Source: Eledone cirrhosa (lineage: Eukaryota). From it: DNA of 64,000 nt. The notes under the pieces were generated by a model. That model did not search any database, was not told where the DNA came from, and saw only the letters and a list, made by a program, of their open reading frames with translations. This document shows positions 11,601 to 24,100 of the stretch, piece by piece. Positions within the stretch are counted from its first letter, which is position 1. Each line of letters starts with the position of its first letter. A program made the position numbers and the translations under genes. The stretch spans positions 9,114,001 to 9,178,000 of the forward strand of contig OZ024759.1 of NCBI GenBank assembly GCA_964016885.1, given 5' to 3'.

Positions 11601-14600
11601 TTGTCACAACAAAAAAACACACAGTCCATGCTGTAATGTGGCCATGTAGGTGTCACAACAAAAAAACACACAGTCCATGCTGTAATGTGGCCATGTAGGT
11701 GTCACGACAAAAAACACACAGTCCACGCTGTAATGTGGCCGTGTAGTTGTCACAACAAAAAAACACACAGTCCACGCTGTAATGTGGCCATGTAGGTGTC
11801 ACAACAAAAAAACACACAGTCCATGCTGTAATGTGGCCATGTAGGTGTCACAACAAAAAAACACACAGTCCACGCTGTAATGTGGCCGTGTAGTTGTCAC
11901 AACAAAAAACACACAGTCCACGCTGTAATGTGGCCATGTAGTTGTCACAACAAAAAACACACAGTCCACGCTGTAATGTGGCCGTGTAGTTGTCACAACA
12001 AAAAACACACAGTCCACGCTGTAATGTGGCCGTGTAGTTGTCACAACAAAAAAACACACAGTCCACGCTGTAATGTGGCCATGTAGGTGTCACAACAAAA
12101 AAACACACAGTCCATGCTGTAATGTGGCCATGTAGGTGTCACAACAAAAAAACACACAGTCCACGCTGTAATGTGGCCGTGTAGTTGTCACAACAAAAAA
12201 CACACAGTCCACGCTGTAATGTGGCCGTGTAGTTGTCACAACAAAAAACACACAGTCCATGCTGTAATGTGGCCATGTAGGTGTCACAACAAAAAACACA
12301 CAGTCCACGCTGTAATGTGGCCATGTAGTTGTCACAACAAAAAACACACAGTCCACGCTGTAATGTGGCCGTGTAGTTGTCACAACAAAAAACACACAGT
12401 CCATGCTGTAATGTGGCCATGTAGGTGTCACAACAAAAAACACACAGTCCACGCTGTAATGTGGCCATGTAGTTGTCACAACAAAAAACACACAGTCCAC
12501 GCTGTAATGTGGCCGTGTAGTTGTCACAACAAAAAACACACAGTCCACGCTGTAATGTGGCCATGTAGGTGTCACAACAAAAAAACACACAGTCCACGCT
12601 GTAATGTGGCCATGTAGGTGTCACAACAAAAAAACACACAGTCCACGCTGTAATGTGGCCATGTAGGTGTCACAACAAAAAAACACACAGTCCACGCTGT
12701 AATGTGGCCATGTAGGTGTCACAACAAAAAAACACACAGTCCATGCTGTAATGTGGCCATGTAGGTGTCACAACAAAAAAACACACAGTCCACGCTGTAA
12801 TGTGGCCGTGTAGTTGTCACAACAAAAAACACACAGTCCACGCTGTAATGTGGCCGTGTAGTTGTCACAACAAAAAACACACAGTCCATGCTGTAATGTG
12901 GCCATGTAGGTGTCACAACAAAAAACACACAGTCCACGCTGTAATGTGGCCATGTAGTTGTCACAACAAAAAACACACAGTCCACGCTGTAATGTGGCCG
13001 TGTAGTTGTCACAACAAAAAACACACAGTCCATGCTGTAATGTGGCCATGTAGGTGTCACAACAAAAAACACACAGTCCACGCTGTAATGTGGCCATGTA
13101 GTTGTCACAACAAAAAACACACAGTCCACGCTGTAATGTGGCCGTGTAGTTGTCACAACAAAAAACACACAGTCCACGCTGTAATGTGGCCATGTAGGTG
13201 TCACAACAAAAAAACACACAGTCCACGCTGTAATGTGGCCGTGTAGTTGTCACAACAAAAAACACACAGTCCACGCTGTAATGTGGCCATGTAGGTGTCA
13301 CAACAAAAAACACACAGTCCACGCTGTAATGTGGCCATGTAGGTGTCACAACAAAAAAACACACAGTCCACGCTGTAATGTGGCCATGTAGGTGTCACGA
13401 CAAAAAACACACAGTCCACGCTGTAATGTGGCCGTGTAGGTGTCACAACAAAAAACACACAGTCCACGCTGTAATGTGGCCGTGTAGTTGTCACAACAAA
13501 AAACACACAGTCCACGCTGTAATGTGGCCGTGTAGGTGTCACAACAAAAAAACACACAGTCCACGCTGTAATGTGGCCGTGTAGGTGTCACGACAAAAAA
13601 CACACAGTCCACGCTGTAATGTGGCCATGTAGGTGTCACGACAAAAAACACACAGTCCACGCTGTAATGTGGCCATGTAGGTGTCACGACAAAAAACACA
13701 CAGTCCACGCTGTAATGTGGCCATGTAGGTGTCACGACAAAAAACACACAGTCCACGCTGTAATGTGGCCATGTAGTTGTCACAACAAAAAAACACACAG
13801 TCCACGCTGTAATGTGGCCATGTAGTTGTCACAACAAAAAACACACAGTCCATGCTGTAATGTGGCCATGTAGTTGTCACAACAAAAAACACACAGTCCA
13901 CGCTGTAATGTGGCCGTGTAGTTGTCACAACAAAAAAACACACAGTCCATGCTGTAATGTGGCCATGTAGGTGTCACAACAAAAAAACACACAGTCCATG
14001 CTGTAATGTGGCCATGTAGTTGTCACAACAAAAAAACACACAGTCCACGCTGTAATGTGGCCATGTAGTTGTCACAACAAAAAACACACAGTCCACGCTG
14101 TAATGTGGCCATGTAGGTGTCACAACAAAAAACACACAGTCCACGCTGTAATGTGGCCATGTAGGTGTCACAACAAAAAACACACAGTCCACGCTGTAAT
14201 GTGGCCGTGTAGTTGTCACAACAAAAAACACACAGTCCACGCTGTAATGTGGCCGTGTAGTTGTCACAACAAAAAACACACAGTCCACGCTGTAATGTGG
14301 CCATGTAGTTGTCACAACAAAAAACACACAGTCCACGCTGTAATGTGGCCATGTAGTTGTCACAACAAAAAAACACACAGTCCACGCTGTAATGTGGCCG
14401 TGTAGTTGTCACAACAAAAAACACACAGTCCACGCTGTAATGTGGCCGTGTAGTTGTCACAACAAAAAACACACAGTCCACGCTGTAATGTGGCCATGTA
14501 GTTGTCACAACAAAAAAACACACAGTCCACGCTGTAATGTGGCCATGTAGGTGTCACGACAAAAAACACACAGTCCACGCTGTAATGTGGCCATGTAGGT

Positions 14601-17400
14601 GTCACGACAAAAAACACACAGTCCATGCTGTAATGTGGCCATGTAGGTGTCACAACAAAAAACACACAGTCCACGCTGTAATGTGGCTGTGTAGGTGTCA
14701 CAACAAAAAACACACAGTCCACGCTGTAATGTGGCTGTGTAGGTGTCACAACAAAAAACACACAGTCCACGCTGTAATGTGGCTGTGTAGGTGTCACAAC
14801 AAAAAACACACAGTCCACGCTGTAATGTGGCTGTGTAGGTGTCACAACAAAAAACACACAGTCCACGCTGTAATGTGGCTGTGTAGGTGTCACAACAAAA
14901 AACACACAGTCCACGCTGTAATGTGGCTGTGTAGGTGTCACAACAAAAAACACACAGTCCACGCTGTAATGTGGCTGTGTAGGTGTCACAACAAAAAACA
15001 CACAGTCCACGCTGTAATGTGGCTGTGTAGGTGTCACAACAAAAAACACACAGTCCACGCTGTAATGTGGCTGTGTAGGTGTCACAACAAAAAACACACA
15101 GTCCACGCTGTAATGTGGCTGTGTAGGTGTCACAACAAAAAACACACAGTCCACGCTGTAATGTGGCTGTGTAGGTGTCACAACAAAAAACACACAGTCC
15201 ACGCTGTAATGTGGCTGTGTAGGTGTCACAACAAAAAACACACAGTCCACGCTGTAATGTGGCTGTGTAGGTGTCACAACAAAAAACACACAGTCCACGC
15301 TGTAATGTGGCCATGTAGGTGTCACGACAAAAAACACACAGTCCACGCTGTAATGTGGCTGTGTAGGTGTCACAACAAAAAACACACAGTCCACGCTGTA
15401 ATGTGGCCATGTAGGTGTCACAACAAAAAAACACACAGTCCACGCTGTAATGTGGCCGTGTAGGTGTCACAACAAAAAACACACAGTCCACGCTGTAATG
15501 TGGCTGTGTAGGTGTCACGACAAAAAACACACAGTCCACGCTGTAATGTGGCCGTGTAGGTGTCACAACAAAAAACACACAGTCCACGCTGTAATGTGGC
15601 TGTGTAGGTGTCACGACAAAAAACACACAGTCCACGCTGTAATGTGGCTGTGTAGGTGTCACAACAAAAAACACACAGTCCACGCTGTAATGTGGTCGTG
15701 TAGGTGTCACAACAAAAAAAACACACAGTCCATGCTGTAATGTGGTCGTGTAGGTGTCACAACAAAAAACACACAGTCCACGCTGTAATGTGGCCATGTA
15801 GTTGTCACAACAAAAAAACACACAGTCCACGCTGTAATGTGGCCGTGTAGGTGTCACAACAAAAAACACACAGTCCACGCTGTAATGTGGTCATGTAGGT
15901 GTCACAACAAAAAACACACAGTCCACGCTGTAATGTGGCCATGTAGTTGTCACAACAAAAAAACACACAGTCCATGCTGTAATGTGGTCGTGTAGGTGTC
16001 ACAACAAAAAAAACACACAGTCCATGCTGTAATGTGGTCGTGTAGGTGTCACAACAAAAAACACACAGTCCACGCTGTAATGTGGCCATGTAGTTGTCAC
16101 AACAAAAAAACACACAGTCCATGCTGTAATGTGGTCGTGTAGGTGTCACAACAAAAAAAACACAGTCCATGCTGTAATGTGGTCGTGTAGGTGTCACAAC
16201 AAAAAAACACACAGTCCACGCTGTAATGTGGCCATGTAGGTGTCACGACAAAAAAAACACACAGTCCACGCTGTAATGTGGTCATGTAGGTGTCACAACA
16301 AAAAAACACACAGTCCACGCTGTAATGTGGCCGTGTAGGTGTCACAACAAAAAACACACAGTCCACGCTGTAATGTGGCCATCTAGGTGTCACAACAAAA
16401 AACACACAGTCCACGCTGTAATGTGGCCATGTAGGTGTCACAACAAAAAACACACAGTCCACGCTGTAATGTGGCCATCTAGGTGTCACAACAAAAAACA
16501 CACAGTCCACGCTGTAATGTGGCTGTGTAGGTGTCACGACAAAAAACACACAGTCCACGCTGTAATGTGGCCATGTAGGTGTCACAACAAAAAAACACAC
16601 AGTCCACGCTGTAATGTGGCCATGTAGGTGTCACGACAAAAAAAACACACAGTCCACGCTGTAATGTGGTCATGTAGGTGTCACAACAAAAAAACACACA
16701 GTCCATGCTGTAATGTGGTCGTGTAGGTGTCACAACAAAAAACACACAGTCCACGCTGTAATGTGGCCATGTAGGTGTCACGACAAAAAACACACAGTCC
16801 ACGCTGTAATGTGGCCATGTAGGTGTCACAACAAAAAACACACAGTCCACGCTGTAATGTGGCCATGTAGGTGTCACAACAAAAAACACACAGTCCACGC
16901 TGTAATGTGGCCATCTAGGTGTCACAACAAAAAACACACAGTCCACGCTGTAATGTGGCCATGTAGTTGTCACAACAAAAAACACACAGTCCACGCTGTA
17001 ATGTGGCCATGTAGTTGTCACAACAAAAAAACACACAGTCCATGCTGTAATGTGGTCGTGTAGGTGTCACAACAAAAAAACACACAGTCCACGCTGTAAT
17101 GTGGCCATGTAGGTGTCACGACAAAAAAAACACACAGTCCACGCTGTAATGTGGCCATCTAGGTGTCACAACAAAAAACACACAGTCCACGCTGTAATGT
17201 GGCCATGTAGGCAACACGGTAAAAACCTCCCAGCCCCACACTGTAAATGTGGTTGGTGTTAGGAAGGGCATCCAACTGTAGAAAACCCGCCAGACAGTCC
17301 TATGCGAGCAAGACAACCACTCTTGCCTCAAGTGGGAAAACCCCCGTCCAAACCCATGCAAGCGTGGAACACGGACGTTAAACGTTGATGATGATGATGA
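8641..17400 (+). mobile_element. RTE LINE 3'UTR copy whose 48-bp segment is massively amplified
   Basis: 17210-17400 is the near-identical reverse complement of 2186-2380 and ends in (GAT)n; the start gagatcgtgtaggtgtcacgac matches 2530-2550. Confidence 0.85.
8653..17210. repeat. Intronic satellite, 48-50-bp unit, ~175-180 copies
   Basis: tgtaggtgtcacaacaaaaaacacacagtccacgctgtaatgtggcca repeated over ~8.55 kb. Confidence 0.98.
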
Positions 17401-17904
17401 TATATATGTGTATGTGTGTGTATGTATGTATGTGAATGTATATATGTGTATGTATGTATATATATTTTTTTATTATTATTATTATCATTTTTTTTCGTGC
17501 AGTGGCCATACTTGATAACAAGGGGGCAGCCATCATATATGTATATATATGTATGTATGTACGTACGAATGTATGCATGTACGAATGTATGTATGTATGA
17601 ATGTATGTATGCATATATGTATGTATGTACATGCATTCATTCATACGTACGTATGTATGTTATGTATGTATGTGCTTCTGGTTTTATAATTTCACAAATG
17701 TTTGCCAATAGAGAGAGAGAGTCGGTTTCTAACATAGACACAAGACTCTCTCATTGGAATTTACACAACATCAACTAGGTAGATATGTATGTATGTATGC
17801 ATGGATGTTATTGTATGTGTGGATGTGGATGTTTTGAGTTGTATGTGTGCATGTGTATATGCTTTGCATCTGTACATGTGTATATGCAGTTATTAGATAT
17901 CAAA

Positions 17905-18286
17905 TATTTACAATGTCTTACATATTTTTACTGTTCCATTAATGGATTGTACTTGTAATTTCCTAACTAGTTGTGTTCTTTCTGTTCTGTGAAGCCCAGC
18001 TTCTCAAGATTTGTACTAGGCAGTTACTAACATATCCCAGTGCCCCAATAATCACAGGTATAAATCTGAAGGTATAGTCAGGGTGGAGTATCTGCAGATT
18101 TCTCATCAGTTCTGTATAAATATTCTCCTTTTCACTAATCTTTGATATTATATTGGCATCTGCTGGGCAGCTAACTTCCACTACTGTGCATGCCTTCTTC
18201 TCCCTGTCCCGTATCATAATATCTGGTCTGTTATGCCTGCATTTTATTGGGGTTTTTACTGGAACATTCCACCAGTACTCTTTCAT
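17905..18286 (-). mobile_element. R4/Dong-like non-LTR retrotransposon 3' fragment (restriction-like endonuclease)
   Basis: WWNVPVKT..HNRPDIMIRDREKKACTVVEVSCP..KENIY..FIPVIIGALG; PD-(D/E) RLE motif, frameshifted at the end. Confidence 0.8.
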
Positions 18287-18292
18287 ATTATG

Positions 18293-18324
<32 letters not shown>

Positions 18325-18494
18325 TGTATGTATGTATGTATGTATGTATGACAAAGGGCGGAAGAACTCATAAGGGTCAACGGCCATCCAAAAGTGTGTA
18401 AATATGTATATACACATGTATATGTGTATATGCATGGGTGCATGTGTATGTATATGTATATGTGTATATGCATGGGTGCATGTGTATGTATATG

Positions 18495-19010
18495 CGTGGG
18501 GACATAGAAATAGTCGGGCTGGACACCCGATCGCGCGGTTAAACCACTGGGAGTGAAGGACCCCTAGCCTTTGTCAGGGCATTCTTCTAGGAGGAGGCAA
18601 CTCAGGAAACTGGGATGACCCCGATATAAAACCTGCGGCTCAGTAGTTACCAATGATGTTGATCTTTTCTTCTTTTCAGGTTATAGCTACTGTCTCTCAG
18701 AGAGTGGGATTGGCTCAGTGCACAGTCTTTCCTCACTTTAAATAATATCTTCACGCACAGACATTGCACGATAGAATTAATTAATTATTATTAATAATGG
18801 TATATCGTGCAATGGCCATACTCGATAACGAGGGGGCAGCCATCATCATGTATGTATGTATGTATGTATGTATGCATGCATGTATGTATGTCAGATCGCT
18901 CTCCAGCGCTACTGGTAACATGTAACCCATTACAACCTGTGCATGGTTGAGTCATCAGCAACCAAACTGCCAATCTCACCAAACTTGCTTGGTGAGGAGG
19001 ATGATTATGG
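18495..19010 (+). mobile_element. Fragments of a dispersed repeat, probably an RTE 5'UTR
   Basis: Homologous to 37770-38170 (gctactggtaacatgta..acaacctgt; gagagtggga.tggct). Confidence 0.5.
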
Positions 19011-19549
19011 ACGTAATAATATAGCATGGCAATATTGCCATGCTATATTATTATAATGGATGTCAACCCACTGTGGGTCAATATATACATATGTTTCTAT
19101 ATGTCTCTTGTGTTGAAAAGGAGGTCAAGTATGTAAAAAATCACTGAATAATTGCTCCGAAGACTCCAAACCTCGGTTTGGAAGAAACAATTGTAAGCAA
19201 ATAAATGATTTAAACAGAACTTTGATTCATGTAATTTCTATATCTATATATATATATATGAATGTATGTATAGTATATTTGACAATATACCGTATATTTA
19301 ATTAAAAACATTTAGAAGACCATACGCTATCAGTTTTAAAGTAGTGACTATGTCACTTCTTTTTGGCGAAAGAAGGGAGAGAAGCTGACAGTCTGTTTCA
19401 CGCTGGTTGGCGTACATCAGAGCCACGTACTCCCCTGCTTTCGCCGAAAATTATAGACGCTGGATTCTTATAGAATTCCAGTAATAATCAGAAGCTGATT
19501 ATACAGAGTGATTGCCGGTCCAGCAAAAATTAGGTATTAGGATTGGTGA

Positions 19550-19760
19550 GGGTAAAGACCTCGTTTGGTCACAAATGACCATGGGATTCGCACCTAGTAG
19601 TTTCTCTCAAGTCCGGGCAAAATTGTTTGAGGAAGACCAGCAGTTGCTCTTGCGTACCAGTCTCCCCTCTCTACGCCACCAATGTTGGCCGATACAGCTT
19701 GGCATCAGTTACTTCTCAACTCATTTTTACAGTTGAGTAAACTGAAGTAACATGAAATAT
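19550..19760 (-). mobile_element. SINE fragment with Meta-like core
   Basis: Shares gggtaaagacc..gaccatgggatt..gaagaccagcagt with 49165-49290 and acag.tgagtaaactg with 46140. Confidence 0.5.
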
Positions 19761-19771
19761 CTATCTATCTG

Positions 19772-20295
19772 TCTAGGGGTGTGTGCGACCCCCCCCCCCA
19801 AACGCCCCCTCTCTATTGAGGACTTTATTGTTAATTTTATATTTGTTATTTGTTTTCTTTACTCGCCTTTTTGTGTAAACTCTCCCCTTGTATTTGTCCC
19901 CTTCTTTTGCGCCCTAGTGGCAATAAATAGAAATCTATCTATCTATCTAGGGGGGTGTGCGACCCCCCCCCCCCAAACGCCCCCTCCCTATTGAGGACTT
20001 TATTGTTAATTTTATATTTGTTATTTGTTTTCTTTACTCGCCTTTTTGTGTAAACTCCCCCCTTGTATTTGTCCCCTTCTTTTGCGCCCTAGTGGCAATA
20101 AATAGAAATCTATCTATCTATCTAGGGGGGTGTGCGACCCCCCCAAACGCCCCCTCCCTATTGAGGACTTTATTGTTAATTTTATATTTGTTATTTGTTT
20201 TCTTTACTCGCCTTTTTGTGTAAACTCCCCTCCTTGTATTTGTCCCCTTCTTTTGCGCCCTAGTGACAATAAATAGAAATCTATCTATCTATCTA
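19772..20295 (+). repeat. Three tandem ~170-bp copies of a LINE 3'UTR separated by (CTAT)n
   Basis: Unit ggggtgtgcgacc..cccctccctattgaggacttt..gccctagtggcaataaatagaaatctatc; related to 6970-7125. Confidence 0.88.
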
Positions 20296-20465
20296 GGGTG
20301 GGTAAAATTGCCGAGATCCATGGACGAGTTCTCTCCAGTGGTCTCTGTCCTTCATCATCACTGCCATGTCCTGCGTCCCCAACAGACCAGTGTCTGTTCT
20401 TAGGGCATCAACATATGTCAACCTCGGGCTCCCTCTTCCAGTGTGTCCATCATGCAGGAGCTCCC
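20293..20465 (-). mobile_element. RTE-like ORF C-terminal fragment
   Basis: HTGRGSPRLTYVDALRTDTG..MKDRDHWRELV. Confidence 0.7.
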
Positions 20466-20550
20466 ATATATACAGTATATATGTATATGAAGGACTAATT
20501 TTATAATATGTAATCCATGTGCAACCATGCAGTATTTTTCTCCCCATGTT

Positions 20551-20609
<59 letters not shown>

Positions 20610-20846
20610 GTGTGTGTGTGCAGTATATATGCCTGATTTTACACTCATGTATGTATGTATGTAAATACCATATATATACCCCAATAACATATTTACCTTA
20701 CACAGACAGATCAACACAGGCACACACAGACAGATCAACACAGACATACACAAGCACACACGGACACACACAGCCATACATATGCAGTCACATACACATA
20801 CCATCGTTTATATTTAAATAATGTTAACTTCTGTTTCTCCTTACAG

Positions 20847-20933
20847 ATACAAGAAGAAATTTGATGAACTGCAGTCACTGTTGTTTCGCGAACCCGAAGA
20901 AAACAAAGGGTATGAGAAAGAAGATACGGCCAT
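20847..20933 (+). CDS. Cadherin exon, membrane-proximal cytoplasmic segment
   Basis: ttacag|A..GCCAT|gtaagt; 87 nt, phase 2-2; YKKKFDELQSLLFREPEENKGYEKEDTAM continues the TM exon frame. Confidence 0.88.
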
Positions 20934-21109
20934 GTAAGTTGTTTAGAGAGAGAGATGAGTGTGTGTGTTAGGGTCAGATTATGTCCTTTTGAAGCCCTCA
21001 GCACTTAAAAGGTTTTGGTCCCCCCCCCCCCCCCATCCACCCACCCTCGATGGACTGAATACAATCAGGAGTGAGGATTTACTTCTTGAAGGTAAATCCT
21101 CACTCCCGA

Positions 21110-24100
21110 TTGTCACTCTCTCAGTTGCCAGCCTGTCACTCTCTCAGCTGCCAGCCTGTCACTCTCTCAGCTGCCAACCTGTCACTCTCTCAGCAGCCAA
21201 CCTGTCACTCTCTCAGCTGCCAACCTGTCACTCTCTCAGCAGCCAACCTGTCACTCTCTCAGCAGCCAACCTGTCACTCTCTCAGCAGCCAACCTGTCAC
21301 TCTCTCAGCAGCCAGCCTGTCACTCTCTCAGCAGCCAACCTGTCACTCTCTCAGCTGCCAACCTGTCACTCTCTCAGCAGCCAACCTGTCACTCTCTCAG
21401 CTGCCAACCTGTCACTCTCTCAGCTGTCAACCTGTCACTCTCTCAGCAGCCAGCCTGTCACTCTCTCAGCTGCCAACCTGTCACTCTCTCAGCTGTCAAC
21501 CTGTCACTCTCTCAGCAGCCAGCCTGTCACTCTCTCAGCTGCCAACCTGTCACTCTCTCAGCTGTCAACCTGTCACTCTCTCAGCAGCCAGCCTGTCACT
21601 CTCTCAGCTGCCAACCTGTCACTCTCTCAGCTGTCAACCTGTCACTCTCTCAGCAGCCAACCTGTCACTCTCTCAGCTGTCAACCTGTCACTCTCTCAGC
21701 AGCCAGCCTGTCACTCTCTCAGCTGCCAACCTGTCACTCTCTCAGCTGTCAACCTGTCACTCTCTCAGCAGCCAACCTGTCACTCTCTCAGCTGCCAACC
21801 TGTCACTCTCTCAGCTGTCAACCTGTCACTCTCTCAGCAGCCAGCCTGTCACTCTCTCAGCTGCCAACCTGTCACTCTCTCAGCTGTCAACCTGTCACTC
21901 TCTCAGCAGCCAGCCTGTCACTCTCTCAGCTGTCAACCTGTCACTCTCTCAGCAGCCAGCCTGTCACTCTCTCAGCTGCCAACCTGTCACTCTCTCAGCT
22001 GTCAACCTGTCACTCTCTCAGCAGCCAGCCTGTCACTCTCTCAGCTGTCAACCTGTCACTCTCTCAGCAGCCAGCCTGTCACTCTCTCAGCTGCCAACCT
22101 GTCACTCTCTCAGCTGCCAACCTGTCACTCTCTCAGCAGCCAACCTGTCACTCTCTCAGCAGCCAACCTGTCACTCTCTCAGCAGCCAGCCTGTCACTCT
22201 CTCAGCAGCCAACCTGTCACTCTCTCAGCTGCCAACCTGTCACTCTCTCAGCAGCCAACCTGTCACTCTCTCAGCTGCCAACCTGTCACTCTCTCAGCTG
22301 TCAACCTGTCACTCTCTCAGCAGCCAGCCTGTCACTCTCTCAGCTGCCAACCTGTCACTCTCTCAGCTGTCAACCTGTCACTCTCTCAGCAGCCAGCCTG
22401 TCACTCTCTCAGCTGCCAACCTGTCACTCTCTCAGCTGTCAACCTGTCACTCTCTCAGCAGCCAACCTGTCACTCTCTCAGCAGCCAGCCTGTCACTCTC
22501 TCAGCTGTCAACCTGTCACTCTCTCAGCAGCCAGCCTGTCACTCTCTCAGCTGTCAACCTGTCACTCTCTCAGCAGCCAACCTGTCACTCTCTCAGCTGC
22601 CAATCTGTCACTCTCTCAGCTGTCAGCCTGTCACTCTCTCAGCAGCCAGCCTGTCACTCTCTCAGCTGCCAACCTGTCACTCTCTCAGCTGTCAACCTGT
22701 CACTCTCTCAGCAGCCAGCCTGTCACTCTCTCAGCTGCCAACCTGTCACTCTCTCAGCTGTCAACCTGTCACTCTCTCAGCAGCCAGCCTGTCACTCTCT
22801 CAGCTGCCAACCTGTCACTCTCTCAGCTGTCAACCTGTCACTCTCTCAGCAGCCAGCCTGTCACTCTCTCAGCTGCCAACCTGTCACTCTCTCAGCTGTC
22901 AACCTGTCACTCTCTCAGCAGCCAACCTGTCACTCTCTCAGCAGCCAGCCTGTCACTCTCTCAGCTGTCAACCTGTCACTCTCTCAGCAGCCAGCCTGTC
23001 ACTCTCTCAGCTGTCAACCTGTCACTCTCTCAGCAGCCAACCTGTCACTCTCTCAGCTGCCAATCTGTCACTCTCTCAGCTGTCAGCCTGTCACTCTCTC
23101 AGCAGCCAGCCTGTCACTCTCTCAGCTGCCAGCCTGTCACTCTCTCAGCTGTCAACCTGTCACTCTCTCAGCAGCCAGCCTGTCACTCTCTCAGCTGTCA
23201 GCCTGTCACTCTCTCAGCTGCCAATCTGTCACTCTCTCAGCTGTCAGCCTGTCACTCTCTCAGCAGCCAGCCTGTCACTCTCTCAGCTGCCAGCCTGTCA
23301 CTCTCTCAGCTGTCAACCTGTCACTCTCTCAGCAGCCAGCCTGTCACTCTCTCAGCAGCCAGCCTGTCACTCTCTCAGCTGTCAACCTGTCACTCTCTCA
23401 GCAGCCAGCCTGTCACTCTCTCAGCTGTCAGCCTGTCACTCTCTCAGCTGTCAGCCTGTCACTCTCTCAGCTGCCAATCTGTCACTCTCTCAGCTGTCAG
23501 CCTGTCACTCTCTCAGCAGCCAGCCTGTCACTCTCTCAGCTGCCAGCCTGTCACTCTCTCAGCTGTCAACCTGTCACTCTCTCAGCAGCCAGCCTGTCAC
23601 TCTCTCAGCAGCCAGCCTGTCACTCTCTCAGCTGTCAACCTGTCACTCTCTCAGCTGTCAGCCTGTCACTCTCTCAGCAGCCAGCCTGTCACTCTCTCAG
23701 CTGCCAGCCTGTCACTCTCTCAGCTGCCAACCTGTCACTCTCTCAGCTGCCAACCTGTCACTCTCTCAGCTGCCAACCTGTCACTCTCTCAGCTGCCAAC
23801 CTGTCACTCTCTCAGCACCCAGCCTGTCACTCTCTCAGCTGTCAATCTGTCACTCTCTCAGCTGTCAGCCTGTCACTCTCTCAGCTGCCAATCTGTCACT
23901 CTCTCAGCTGTCAGCCTGTCACTCTCTCAGCTGTCAGCCTGTCACTCTCTCAGCTGTCAGCCTGTCACTCTCTCAGCTGCCAACCTGTCACTCTCTCAGC
24001 TGCCAACCTGTCACTCTCTCAGCACCCAGTCTGTCACTCTCTCAGCTGCCAGCCTGTCACTCTCTCAGCACCCAGTCTGTCACTCTCTCAGCACCCAGCC

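Noticed and set aside
8615-17063. Many Cys/His-rich ORFs and a CRISPR-like periodic look
   Set aside because: Head-to-tail 48-bp satellite with no unique spacers and no cas genes; eukaryotic TE origin is evident.
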